From contig JAGLRQ010000027.1 of assembly GCA_023136205.1 (NCBI GenBank), forward strand, positions 1 through 26,414: a stretch of 26,414 nucleotides of DNA. Reading direction: 5' to 3'. The notes under the pieces are model-generated. The model was not told the origin of the DNA and searched no databases. It worked only from the letters and a program-made list of their open reading frames with translations. Position numbers and translations under genes: made by a program. The stretch is from Candidatus Auribacterota bacterium (GTDB taxonomy: Bacteria > Auribacterota > UBA6266). Positions 1 through 8,071 of the stretch are shown in pieces (position 1 is the first letter of the stretch; each line of letters starts with the position of its first letter).

Positions 1-1382
1 TTTTGGCAGTGCTTACATCCTTCACCATGAAACCAATTTGTATCTTCTTCAAATTCACTTCCCAGCGGATTAAACAGCTTTTTACAGAATTCACAATTAA
101 CCCTTACCAATCGCTGGGCCAAAATAGCACACACGGTGGAACTGACCAGAAATGGTTCACAACCCATATCAACCAGACGCGTAAGGGCACTGGAAGAATC
201 ATTAGTATGCAGTGTAGAAAAAACCAGATGCCCTGTCAAAGCGGACCTTAAAGCAATATCAGCCGTCTCTTTATCGCGAATTTCGCCCACCATAATAATA
301 TCAGGATCCTGACGTAAAATACTCTTGAGTGCCTTTGCAAACGTAATCTTATGGGCATGGTCTACCTGTGTCTGGGTAATACCTTCAATCTGGTACTCTA
401 CAGGATCTTCAATAGTAGTAATATTAACTCTCGCGGAACGAATCATGGAAAGAGCAGAATAAAGAGTTGTTGTCTTTCCGCTCCCCGTCGGGCCTGTAAT
501 AAGAATAATACCATGAGGCCTTTTTATTAACATTTTGAAGGCCTTCAGGCAGTCCTTTTCCATTCCTAACCCCGACAGAGTAATCACTCTTTTTTTCGAG
601 GGAAGAAGGCGTAACACAGCTTTCTCTCCGTGTATATTAGGTAAGACTGAAACACGAATATCCGTGGATCCATCCACATCTTCGAATACAAAACTTCCAT
701 CCTGGGGAGCACGCTTTTCAGCAATATCCAACCCGGATAGAATTTTAATCCTGGAAATAAGCGGCGGTGATAATTCCTTTGACAAAGTATTTATTTCTTT
801 TAATACACCGTCAATTCTAAATCTTACGCGCAATCTATCTTTTTGAGGCTCAATATGAATATCTGAAGACCTTTGTCTTAAAGCATCGGAAACATACTCG
901 TTTAAAACATCAACAATAGATTGGTCAATGTCATTTTCTGCCAGTATTTTCCCGGAGAAAGTTATACTATCGGCATAATTCTTCTTTAACAAAGTATTGA
1001 TAGCAGAATCACTGGCAATAAAAAAAGCAATTTGTTTATTTAACAACCTGCGCAAATTAGCGGCAACCTGTACGTTCAGAGGTTTAGAACAAGCAATGAA
1101 TAAAGTATTATTTTCTATTTTTACCGGAATAATACTGTGTCTGAACGCGAGGTTTCCCGGAATATACCTTATTGTGCTTAAATCTATATCCAACTCCACC
1201 AAATCTATATAAGGTAATTCATAAATTTCAGCTATAGAACGGGCAACATCTTCTTCAAAACAGTATCCTAATTTAATCAGAATACGGCCTAAGACATTTT
1301 TATCTTTAACTTGAAGCCTTAGAGCTTCATCCAGTTGATTCCTATTGATAACTCCCTTTTCAACTAATGCTTCCCCAATCAT
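1..1382 (-). CDS. pilB: PilB/GspE-family pilus/secretion assembly ATPase; first 460 codons only, the C-terminus runs off the left edge
   Basis: Absent from the supplied ORF track because it has no stop codon inside the window. My reverse-complement translation from ATG 1382 is open to base 1. It begins MIGEALVEKGVINRNQLDEALRLQVKDKNVLGRILIKLGY, a T2SSE_N-type N-domain. Further motifs: SSDIHIEP, RVRFRIDGVL, SRIKILSGLDIAEKRAPQDG, Walker A GPTGSGKTTT, ITTIEDPVEY, Walker B DPDIIMVGEIRD, His box TGHLVFSTLHTND, and a Zn tetracysteine CEFC...CKHC. The start lies 2 nt after the pilT stop. Confidence 0.9.
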   Translation of the reverse strand, partial: MIGEALVEKGVINRNQLDEALRLQVKDKNVLGRILIKLGYCFEEDVARSIAEIYELPYIDLVELDIDLSTIRYIPGNLAFRHSIIPVKIENNTLFIACSKPLNVQVAANLRRLLNKQIAFFIASDSAINTLLKKNYADSITFSGKILAENDIDQSIVDVLNEYVSDALRQRSSDIHIEPQKDRLRVRFRIDGVLKEINTLSKELSPPLISRIKILSGLDIAEKRAPQDGSFVFEDVDGSTDIRVSVLPNIHGEKAVLRLLPSKKRVITLSGLGMEKDCLKAFKMLIKRPHGIILITGPTGSGKTTTLYSALSMIRSARVNITTIEDPVEYQIEGITQTQVDHAHKITFAKALKSILRQDPDIIMVGEIRDKETADIALRSALTGHLVFSTLHTNDSSSALTRLVDMGCEPFLVSSTVCAILAQRLVRVNCEFCKKLFNPLGSEFEEDTNWFHGEGCKHCQ

Positions 1383-1384
1383 TT

Positions 1385-2437
1385 TCAGCTAATCCTTTTT
1401 TCAACAAGTTTTACATTCTTCGCTGTTTTGAAGAGAGTATCTTTATCAATCTTTCCCTGTTGATAAAGCTTTACCAGTGACTGCTCCATTGTCTGCATGC
1501 CGAACCCGCCGCCTGTTTCAATAGCTGAATATATTTGTTCTGTTTTACCCTGGCGTATTAAATTCCCTATACCTTTTGTTATCATCATAACTTCAACAGC
1601 CGGAATACGTATTTTTCCATCCGCGCATTTTAACAATCGCTGAGATACCACCGCTTTTAAAACTTCGGAAACTTGCTGTCTGATATATTGCTGTTCAATA
1701 GGCGGAAAAACTCCCAGTATTCTGTTGATAGATGAAACGCAATCATGGGTGTGAAGAGTTGAAAAAACCAAATGTCCGGTTTCAGCAGCAGTAACAGCAG
1801 TACGCATTGTATCTACATCCCGTATCTCTCCGACAAGAATAACATCAGGGTCTTCCCTTAAAGCATAACGCATCGCTTCTGAAAAGGAATTTACATCGGT
1901 ATAAAGCTCTCTCTGGTTAATAACACTTTTTTTATACTCATGCACATATTCAATAGGATCTTCGATAGTAATAATATTGCATGATTTAGTCTGATTTGTC
2001 ATATCAATAAGTGTTGCCAGTGTAGTACTTTTACCGCTTCCGGTAGGGCCGGTTATCAAAACCAGGCCATCGCGCAGGTCAGAAAGCCGATGAAGGCTTT
2101 CAGGCAACCCAAGACTATCAAGGCTTAAAATCGCATCGGAAAGCCTGCGAAAAGCAATAGTAATTGTGCCTTTCTGGCGATAAGCATTTATACGGAAACG
2201 CCCCAAGCCTTCAAAAGTATACGCAAGGTCAATAGAATGTTTTTTATCAAACAAATCTTTCTGTTCGGATGAGAGCAGTTCAAAAATAACCTTTTTTGTA
2301 TCACCCGGCAATACCCTTTTGTCTCCAACAGGACATAGTTCTCCATGAATTCGCAAAAGAGGCGGACTGCCTGTGGTAAGATGTAAATCTGAAGCGTTTT
2401 CTTTTACAGTGTCTTTTAAAAGCCCGCGTATGTCCAT
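1385..2437 (-). CDS. pilT: PilT-type twitching-motility (retraction) ATPase
   Basis: 350-aa ORF with no T2SSE_N domain. Motifs: Walker A GPTGSGKSTT, IITIEDPIEY, Walker B DPDVILVGEIRD, His box TGHLVFSTLHTHD, and GIGNLIRQGK, which resembles the PilT signature AIRNLIREGK. An AAGGAG Shine-Dalgarno lies upstream of the ATG. Confidence 0.92.
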   Translation of the reverse strand: MDIRGLLKDTVKENASDLHLTTGSPPLLRIHGELCPVGDKRVLPGDTKKVIFELLSSEQKDLFDKKHSIDLAYTFEGLGRFRINAYRQKGTITIAFRRLSDAILSLDSLGLPESLHRLSDLRDGLVLITGPTGSGKSTTLATLIDMTNQTKSCNIITIEDPIEYVHEYKKSVINQRELYTDVNSFSEAMRYALREDPDVILVGEIRDVDTMRTAVTAAETGHLVFSTLHTHDCVSSINRILGVFPPIEQQYIRQQVSEVLKAVVSQRLLKCADGKIRIPAVEVMMITKGIGNLIRQGKTEQIYSAIETGGGFGMQTMEQSLVKLYQQGKIDKDTLFKTAKNVKLVEKRIS

Positions 2438-2460
2438 TTTATTTTCTACTCCTTACGTTT

Positions 2461-4548
2461 CTACTCATTCCTTTTTGACATAATTTTCAATGTGTTTTTA
2501 TCGAGTTCTGCAAGCCGCTTCCTGGCCCCTTTATTTTCCGGATCAAGTTTAAGCACTTTTTTATACTCCTTTGCGGCCTCGCTAAATAAGCCCCTATTCA
2601 CGCACTCATCAGCCATCATGATATAAGCATTTATCTTATCTGAATCAAGTTTAGTTTCTGTTTTTTTAAACATCTTTTTCTTAATTTTTGAGAGGGCCTT
2701 CTTTGCCTTACTGTTGCCGGGGTCAATTTCCAAAGCTTCTTCATATTCTTCTTTTGCCTTGTCAAACATACCTCCGGTTACATATTCTTCGGCCAGTTTG
2801 ACATGTTTTTGAGCTACCGCCCTGCGCGACTTGAGCTTAACTTCTTTTTCCTCAATGGGATCTCCTTCAGAATAAAGTAAGTCCATTCCCTCATCATAAC
2901 GTAATAACTTTCCCTGCTTTTTTTTAATAAAGGGGTGCTCTGATATTTCAGCTACACAATTATTAGACACTTCCTGCCCTTCCCGCGGCGTCATCATAAT
3001 ATGCGGTGTAATCAGGAAAACAAGTTCCTTTTGTTTCTTCTCTTTCTCTGTTTTTCTGAAGAAAAATCCTAACAGGGGAATATCTCCCAAAAGTGGAACT
3101 TTATGGTCATTATCTTGAAGGGTCTCTCTTATAAGCCCGCCAATAGCTAAAGTACTGCCATCATTAGCCACTATGATATTTTCCACACGGGATGTATCTA
3201 CCACATCTATAGGCACCTCTACAGCACCTGACTTTTCGGTAACAATAGTTATAGCTGCTCCGGCATTTTTTACACTATCAACTTCCAACAAAAACCTCAT
3301 TGTCACCGTTCTGTCCTCATTTATAGATGGGGTAATGGTTATTTTTGTTCCGATATCTTTCATCTCTATAACCGGACGTACAGTCTCTGTAGTCCGGTCT
3401 TCAAATTCCCTGATTTCCTGTTCATAATTAACTGTAATCGGCCTTTTTTCTCCAACGAAAAATTCCCCGGGGGCATTATTAGCGCTCAGGATAATCGGTG
3501 TCCCTATTACTTTGAGCCTATTATCCTGGCCGAGCAGTTCAACGCGGGCTTCAATATGCTTATCAATAATAGAATAAATAAAGTTCGGCGCTGTCAAATT
3601 GGTAAAGTTTCCAACAATTATATCACTGGAACCAGGCTTAAATTTCCAATCAAAAAAAGATTTAAAATTATCGTCCAGCGTTATTTCTAAAATCTTGCAC
3701 TCAAGCAAAACCTGAGATGTAGGAGTATCTATTTCTTCAAGAAAACTATTTATTTCTTCTAAAATCCTGGGGTCAACCGAGCGGCAGATCACGTAGTTAT
3801 TTCGCGGGAATACAGCCAGATAAACAATTGCTCTGCTTTGCCTGGCATCAAAAATATCTTTAAGCTCTAGCTGGTGATCCGCGGCAGACTTTTCAAGTTG
3901 CTCAATTCTTTTAGAAGTAAGTTGTTTCCCTATTTCTACCTGCATATTATTATCATCGAGGTAATATTCTCTTTTAGTTTCTGTGTTATAGCCTCTTTTT
4001 CCACCTCCGCGATAATTATCTCGACTCCTTCCCCCCATGCCCTCTTCTGTTCCCACATGGCCATAGCTCTCAATTTCACCCGGTTCTTTATATTGAATAC
4101 GATCCCCGAAAAGATTTTCAAGCAAATCAGCAGCCGCAAGGGAAGACGCATATTTAAGTTTGTAAACAATGGTTTTTTCATCCCGCCTGATTGTCAATTC
4201 CTTCCCATACTCTTGTGCTGTCATAACACGGATAACATTATCTTCCTCGCTGTACCAAAAATTATAAAGCTTACACAAGGTTTTAAGCGCTTCGTCAGAA
4301 GTAACATTTTTCAGAAAGAGTGTTACCTTGAGTTTCATAATATCCCTGCTTGAAATCACATTCTTACCGGTCAGCTCGGTAAAAACCTTCAGGACATCAG
4401 ACATGGGTGTATTTTTAAAATCAAAGACTTCGATTCTTTGTGATTTTCCGGCCTGAGATTCATCTACATACGCATCAGATGAAAATAAAGGAAAAACTAA
4501 CATAATAAAAATCATAATCGGAAATAATAACTTATGTAGTAAATTCAT
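2461..4548 (-). CDS. Outer-membrane secretin (PilQ/GspD family) with a C-terminal TPR extension
   Basis: 695-aa ORF. It has a signal peptide (MNLLHKLLFPIMIFIMLVFPLFSS) and an N0/STN-like segment (NTPMSDVLKVFTELTGKNVI...ALKTLCKLYNFWY). The secretin C-domain ends VPLLGDIPLLGFFFRKTEKEKKQKELVFLITPHIM. A tail of about 135 aa follows with two TPR-like units (AEEYVTGGMFDKAKEEYEEALEIDPGNSKAKKAL and ADECVNRGLFSEAAKEYKKVLKLDPENKGARKRL). Confidence 0.85.
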   Translation of the reverse strand: MNLLHKLLFPIMIFIMLVFPLFSSDAYVDESQAGKSQRIEVFDFKNTPMSDVLKVFTELTGKNVISSRDIMKLKVTLFLKNVTSDEALKTLCKLYNFWYSEEDNVIRVMTAQEYGKELTIRRDEKTIVYKLKYASSLAAADLLENLFGDRIQYKEPGEIESYGHVGTEEGMGGRSRDNYRGGGKRGYNTETKREYYLDDNNMQVEIGKQLTSKRIEQLEKSAADHQLELKDIFDARQSRAIVYLAVFPRNNYVICRSVDPRILEEINSFLEEIDTPTSQVLLECKILEITLDDNFKSFFDWKFKPGSSDIIVGNFTNLTAPNFIYSIIDKHIEARVELLGQDNRLKVIGTPIILSANNAPGEFFVGEKRPITVNYEQEIREFEDRTTETVRPVIEMKDIGTKITITPSINEDRTVTMRFLLEVDSVKNAGAAITIVTEKSGAVEVPIDVVDTSRVENIIVANDGSTLAIGGLIRETLQDNDHKVPLLGDIPLLGFFFRKTEKEKKQKELVFLITPHIMMTPREGQEVSNNCVAEISEHPFIKKKQGKLLRYDEGMDLLYSEGDPIEEKEVKLKSRRAVAQKHVKLAEEYVTGGMFDKAKEEYEEALEIDPGNSKAKKALSKIKKKMFKKTETKLDSDKINAYIMMADECVNRGLFSEAAKEYKKVLKLDPENKGARKRLAELDKNTLKIMSKRNE

Positions 4549-4580
4549 TCTAGTCTACCTCTTTTTTAAACGCGCTGTCC

Positions 4581-5000
4581 TCACCTGAATCTTCCATGGA
4601 TTATATATCCACCTTCTAATAAAATAACCATTTCACTAGGGGTAATTTCTTTTATAGTAAAAGAATTAAAACTCTTACTTCCTGAAACCGAAGGCGCGAA
4701 GACTACAATGTCATTCGGCTTCAATGTTACATCTCCAAGTGTTTCAATATTCGCAGTAGCCATCGTCTTGCTGCCGGCAACCATAACACCGGTAATTTCA
4801 ATCCTGGGCAGCCTGAATTTATTTGAGCTTTGCCCTGTAAAATAAACGTATTTTTCGGAGATGGTTTTTTTAAGCAGCTCTGCGCTGACATTAAAAGGAT
4901 CTCGTTCACATTCTATTGAAGAATTTTCCTCAGCACACAGAAAACCCATTCCAATAAAAAAACAAATGATTACTGAAAGAAACCTTTTTAACATATTCAT
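4581..5000 (-). CDS. Small exported protein, PilP / GspC-HR-like (assigned by pattern and synteny only)
   Basis: 139 aa with an N-terminal signal peptide (MNMLKRFLSVIICFFIGMGFLCA). The beta-rich C-terminal segment is LPRIEITGVMVAGSKTMATANIETLGDVTLKPNDIVV...FTIKEITPSEMVILLEGG. It sits between the PilO-like gene and the secretin. GAGG lies 7 nt upstream of the ATG. Confidence 0.45.
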   Translation of the reverse strand: MNMLKRFLSVIICFFIGMGFLCAEENSSIECERDPFNVSAELLKKTISEKYVYFTGQSSNKFRLPRIEITGVMVAGSKTMATANIETLGDVTLKPNDIVVFAPSVSGSKSFNSFTIKEITPSEMVILLEGGYIIHGRFR

Positions 5001-5120
5001 TTCTCTACCTCAATTTTTTTGTGATCCAGAATGTGGCAAAATAAATCTCCACGGGCTAAAGCACATGATTTCTTTCTTACATGACCCCGCCAGTTTTACT
5101 TCGCGAAACTAACCGAGGGG

Positions 5121-5152
5121 TAATCGTTGCGCGGAATTCCGCGCAACGATTA
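5121..5152. repeat. Perfect 32-nt palindrome (16-bp arms, GAATTC centre) overlapping the stop codon of the PilO-like gene
   Basis: TAATCGTTGCGCGGAATTCCGCGCAACGATTA read directly from the sequence. It is identical to its own reverse complement. No U/T tract follows on either strand. Confidence 0.95.
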
Positions 5153-5725
5153 AATCGCAATCAACAAGGTTATTTTTAAAATATCTCTTTTCCTCTCACG
5201 TTCAATTACAACATTTTCAACAGTAACAAGCTTAGGTAATTGCCCTATGCTCTTTAAAAAAGCTTTAAAATTTACAAAATTACCGAACATTACCAGGCTA
5301 TGCCTGCTTCTTCTAAGCTCATACATCTCTTCTGTCTTAAGCTTATCTGTTTTTGAACTGGCATCTACATCTTTAAACTCATTTATTCTCAAATTATTGG
5401 CCGCGGCTATCTGGTTAATAGCAGTTAAAACCTGAGGCAAATCTTCCCTTCCGGCTAATGATAACCGTACCTCACCGAATTTAGTTTGCTCTTCACGTAA
5501 TTTTTCAGTATTTTTTTCTATTAACACAAAAATATCTTTCCCCTCTTTTTGCTGCCATTTTAGAATTCTAACCTCGCTAAAAAGTTTGGAGCATTTTTTA
5601 CGCAGGGCCTTAAATTTTTTGCTCTCAGGATCATAAACCTTTTTAACATAAAAAAAACATGCTATAACCACAACAAGGGCAATAATGCCCATCTGCTCAA
5701 ACCTGGTCATACTTTTTTTAGCCAT
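5150..5725 (-). CDS. PilO/GspM-like bitopic inner-membrane alignment protein
   Basis: 191 aa with a single N-terminal TM helix (IIALVVVIACFFYV), a coiled-coil region, then an alpha/beta C-domain. It sits directly after the PilM-PilN fusion gene. There is no diagnostic motif, so the call rests on architecture and synteny. Confidence 0.55.
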   Translation of the reverse strand: MAKKSMTRFEQMGIIALVVVIACFFYVKKVYDPESKKFKALRKKCSKLFSEVRILKWQQKEGKDIFVLIEKNTEKLREEQTKFGEVRLSLAGREDLPQVLTAINQIAAANNLRINEFKDVDASSKTDKLKTEEMYELRRSRHSLVMFGNFVNFKAFLKSIGQLPKLVTVENVVIERERKRDILKITLLIAI

Positions 5726-5738
5726 TTTTACACTCGCT

Positions 5739-7145
5739 CTACAAAACTATCTTAATTCTAAACTGATACACAAACAACTGTGATTCTTCGTTTTTTACGT
5801 GCTTCTCGCTAATAGTTTCAAGCTTTGCGTCTTTAACAACCGCCTTAAGGCTCCTCAACGTCATAACAAAACGCGTAATGGAACTGGCGGAAAGGCCGCC
5901 GCCTTCCAGGAAAATTTCATCGTTTTCATATAATATTCTATCTAATATAAGATCGGCGGGGATTTCCCGGGTTATACCATCAAATAAATCAAATAATGTT
6001 TTCTGCTGAGCAGGAAGTACCTGTTCAATATACCGTTTTTTATTTTGGATTTTGCTTACCCGCGTTTTTAGATTTTCCAGTTTCGACGCGTTATCCTGCA
6101 TTGCCTTTTTTTCAGCTTCGAAAACTTTCAGCTGCAAGGAATATTTAGCAAAAGAAAATTTCATATATCCATAGTGCAGTAAAAAACCTACAGCTATAAT
6201 AATCACGGCCGCAATGGGTAAAATATGGATTTTCTTCTTAAGTTTTTTTACCAAGCTGATCCTGTCATTAATACCCAGGCAGCTTTTTCCCAAAAACCCT
6301 AATTCATGCAGAGCGGCACCTGAAACAGACGCGTACTGAGGACCGGCATTCATGGAAGTTTCTGTATTAAAACAACACACATCATCCTGAGGTTTCCATT
6401 TTCTCACCGGGAACCCGAACATATTTTTAAGCTGATCGGTTACTTTACCATCCTGATCGCCTGCCGCAACTACTTCATATTTATCTTCTTTATTTATCCC
6501 TAACTCGGAAACAAGTGTCTCAACACTGTCAAGATGAGCATCATGAAAAGAAACAGGGCCTTCACAATTTATAAGGGCAGCCGCGACTGAATTTCCCTCT
6601 ACATTGATAATAATTTTCCCCGAGGAACCTTTTTGCAGCAGGTTAACAGAAAAAGCGAAAGCATTTTCTTTCGCGTATACAGATTGCAGTTTTATACCGC
6701 ACTTCCTGCATATATCAGATAGCTCAACAAAAGCATCACGGGGCATAGCCGTTATTACCGCGGGGGTGGTTTTCCTATTCTTATAACTGCCTGTTTGCAG
6801 CTTATAGCCGAAAAATCCTTCAGCCGCGTTAAAACTCAAATAAGGCTGAGCTTCCCACTTAACTGCTTCAAGTAACTTATCCGGAGATAGTTTTGCCCCA
6901 TGGGGTATAGGCAATTCGCTTGTTAAAAAACTCACCTCCGAACTCACTAACACCGCTTGCTTTGGATAATTCCCTAATTTTCCAAGAAGGGTTTTAACAG
7001 CTTCTTCCTGTAAAGCGCCTGGGCCTGCCTGAGATACAAAAACCTCAGCGGACGCGAGAAAAACCGTTTTTCCGCCTCTTCTTTTTACCACAACAGCTCT
7101 AAGAGCATTGCCGCAAATTTCTATTGATAAGATTTTATTCTTCAT
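5739..7145 (-). CDS. Fused PilM-PilN protein (GspL-like architecture)
   Basis: 468 aa. Residues ~1-300 are a PilM/FtsA-like actin-fold region (KILSIEICGNALRAVVVKRRGGK...). One TM helix follows (ILPIAAVIIIAVGFLLHYGYM), then a coiled coil and a periplasmic domain of about 100 aa, as in PilN. The ATG overlaps the upstream stop (TAATG). Confidence 0.7.
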   Translation of the reverse strand: MKNKILSIEICGNALRAVVVKRRGGKTVFLASAEVFVSQAGPGALQEEAVKTLLGKLGNYPKQAVLVSSEVSFLTSELPIPHGAKLSPDKLLEAVKWEAQPYLSFNAAEGFFGYKLQTGSYKNRKTTPAVITAMPRDAFVELSDICRKCGIKLQSVYAKENAFAFSVNLLQKGSSGKIIINVEGNSVAAALINCEGPVSFHDAHLDSVETLVSELGINKEDKYEVVAAGDQDGKVTDQLKNMFGFPVRKWKPQDDVCCFNTETSMNAGPQYASVSGAALHELGFLGKSCLGINDRISLVKKLKKKIHILPIAAVIIIAVGFLLHYGYMKFSFAKYSLQLKVFEAEKKAMQDNASKLENLKTRVSKIQNKKRYIEQVLPAQQKTLFDLFDGITREIPADLILDRILYENDEIFLEGGGLSASSITRFVMTLRSLKAVVKDAKLETISEKHVKNEESQLFVYQFRIKIVL

Positions 7146-8023
7146 TATCCTGAATATTCTATTTCTTCCAATGTATATGTTCCATTACCAGAAGGAAGGC
7201 AAAACATTTTAATTACCTTTACTATATTACCCGCCGCCGCATCGCGAATAACAACTTTCCTTAACCCTACCGGTATCCCGCTGCCGCCATGAACAATGTC
7301 AACAAAATTAAACAGGTGTGTTTCTCCCACAAAAGTAAAATTATGATTCTGTAATTCCGTCTGAACATTCCCCCGCCAGGAATAAAGTAACTCCACATTT
7401 AGGTTTGCTCCCGCAACAACATTATTTTTTATAGTTATATCTACTTGAGGCCTCCGCCAACAAAAAGTATCAACTATATCCCGGTCATAATCGGCGGGGG
7501 GAGGTGCGCCATCATTTATCCCATCACTGCCCCAGCTTTCTATTTCTATCCGGTCAGCTATGAAACGAACTATTATGTTATTACCCCAACCATCTCTGAA
7601 AACAGACGTGCCGCCACACTCGTCTAAGTAACAATCCCCGCGATACCCTGCCCAAAATTCACTATTATAAACATAAGGCAACCCTATCCAGGCGACACTA
7701 TTTCTATCCAGTAAAACACCTGAAAAATTGCCCGTTCCAAAAGGGTCTATATTATCAGGTTCTCCATAATCATTTATAAAGCCGCCGCAAGAAGTAATAT
7801 CCTCTCCTCCGCTAATATCAGTTAACCTGCCAATAAGTGCTCTTTTTACATCCAGCATTCTTTGCCGGGTAATATCATATCTCTCATCTTTATTTGCCTC
7901 ATGACTCAACACAAAAGCACAAATCATAACCGTTATTGCCAGAAAAGAAATTATTGCTGTCATTATTAAAAGAGCATAGCCGTTGTTGGTTGATTGGTTA
8001 ATTGGCAATTGGTGATTTCTCAT
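7145..8023 (-). CDS. Minor pseudopilin with a GspG-like globular domain but a degenerate prepilin N-terminus lacking Glu5 (GspK/PilX-like role)
   Basis: 292 aa. The N-terminus MRNHQLPINQSTNNG|YALLIMTAIISFLAITVMICAFVL is hydrophobic but has no FTLxE. It carries T2SSG-type motifs DGWGNNIIVRF and IESWGSDGINDG. Its C-terminal extension shares IPVGLR with the upstream paralog. Confidence 0.65.
   Translation of the reverse strand: MRNHQLPINQSTNNGYALLIMTAIISFLAITVMICAFVLSHEANKDERYDITRQRMLDVKRALIGRLTDISGGEDITSCGGFINDYGEPDNIDPFGTGNFSGVLLDRNSVAWIGLPYVYNSEFWAGYRGDCYLDECGGTSVFRDGWGNNIIVRFIADRIEIESWGSDGINDGAPPPADYDRDIVDTFCWRRPQVDITIKNNVVAGANLNVELLYSWRGNVQTELQNHNFTFVGETHLFNFVDIVHGGSGIPVGLRKVVIRDAAAGNIVKVIKMFCLPSGNGTYTLEEIEYSG
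7986..8015. repeat. Four imperfect tandem 7-8-bp units (TTGGTTGA TTGGTTAA TTGGCAA TTGGTGA) inside the leader-coding region of the Glu5-less pseudopilin
   Basis: Read directly from the sequence. On the coding strand this is a repeated CCAA(T) motif encoding HQLPINQSTN. Confidence 0.8.
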
Positions 8024-8040
8024 TATTTTCCTTTTTTGTA

Positions 8041-8062
8041 AACTTGTAACTTGTTCGCTTGT
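8041..8062. repeat. Short tandem repeat AACTTGT AACTTGT TCGCTTGT in the 48-nt spacer between two pseudopilin genes
   Basis: Read directly from the sequence: two perfect heptamers plus one imperfect unit. Confidence 0.8.
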
Positions 8063-8071
8063 TCTCTGCTG

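Noticed and set aside
3-1212. Plus-strand ORFs 3-251, 535-846 and 997-1212 from the supplied track
   Set aside because: They lie antisense to an uninterrupted 460-codon minus-strand frame with unmistakable PilB/GspE motifs. Their translations are low-complexity with no recognisable motifs, so they are shadow ORFs.
3173-4353. Plus- and minus-strand overlapping ORFs inside the secretin gene (3173-3427, 3874-4353, 3936-4181)
   Set aside because: They are embedded in a well-supported 695-aa secretin ORF. They have no ribosome-binding site or motifs, and look like typical shadow ORFs of AT-rich coding DNA. The same reasoning applies to 4727-4909, 4861-5112, 5247-5435, 6604-6786, 7445-7627 and 9024-9221.
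4581-5000. The PilP-like protein as a lipoprotein
   Set aside because: The sequence around the only Cys (MGFLC|A) does not fit the lipobox [LVI][ASTVI][GAS]C. I treated it as a generic signal peptide.
5121-5152. The 32-nt palindrome as a Rho-independent terminator
   Set aside because: No T/U tract follows the stem on either strand, and the downstream genes clearly belong to the same functional unit. I kept it as an unexplained structured element instead.
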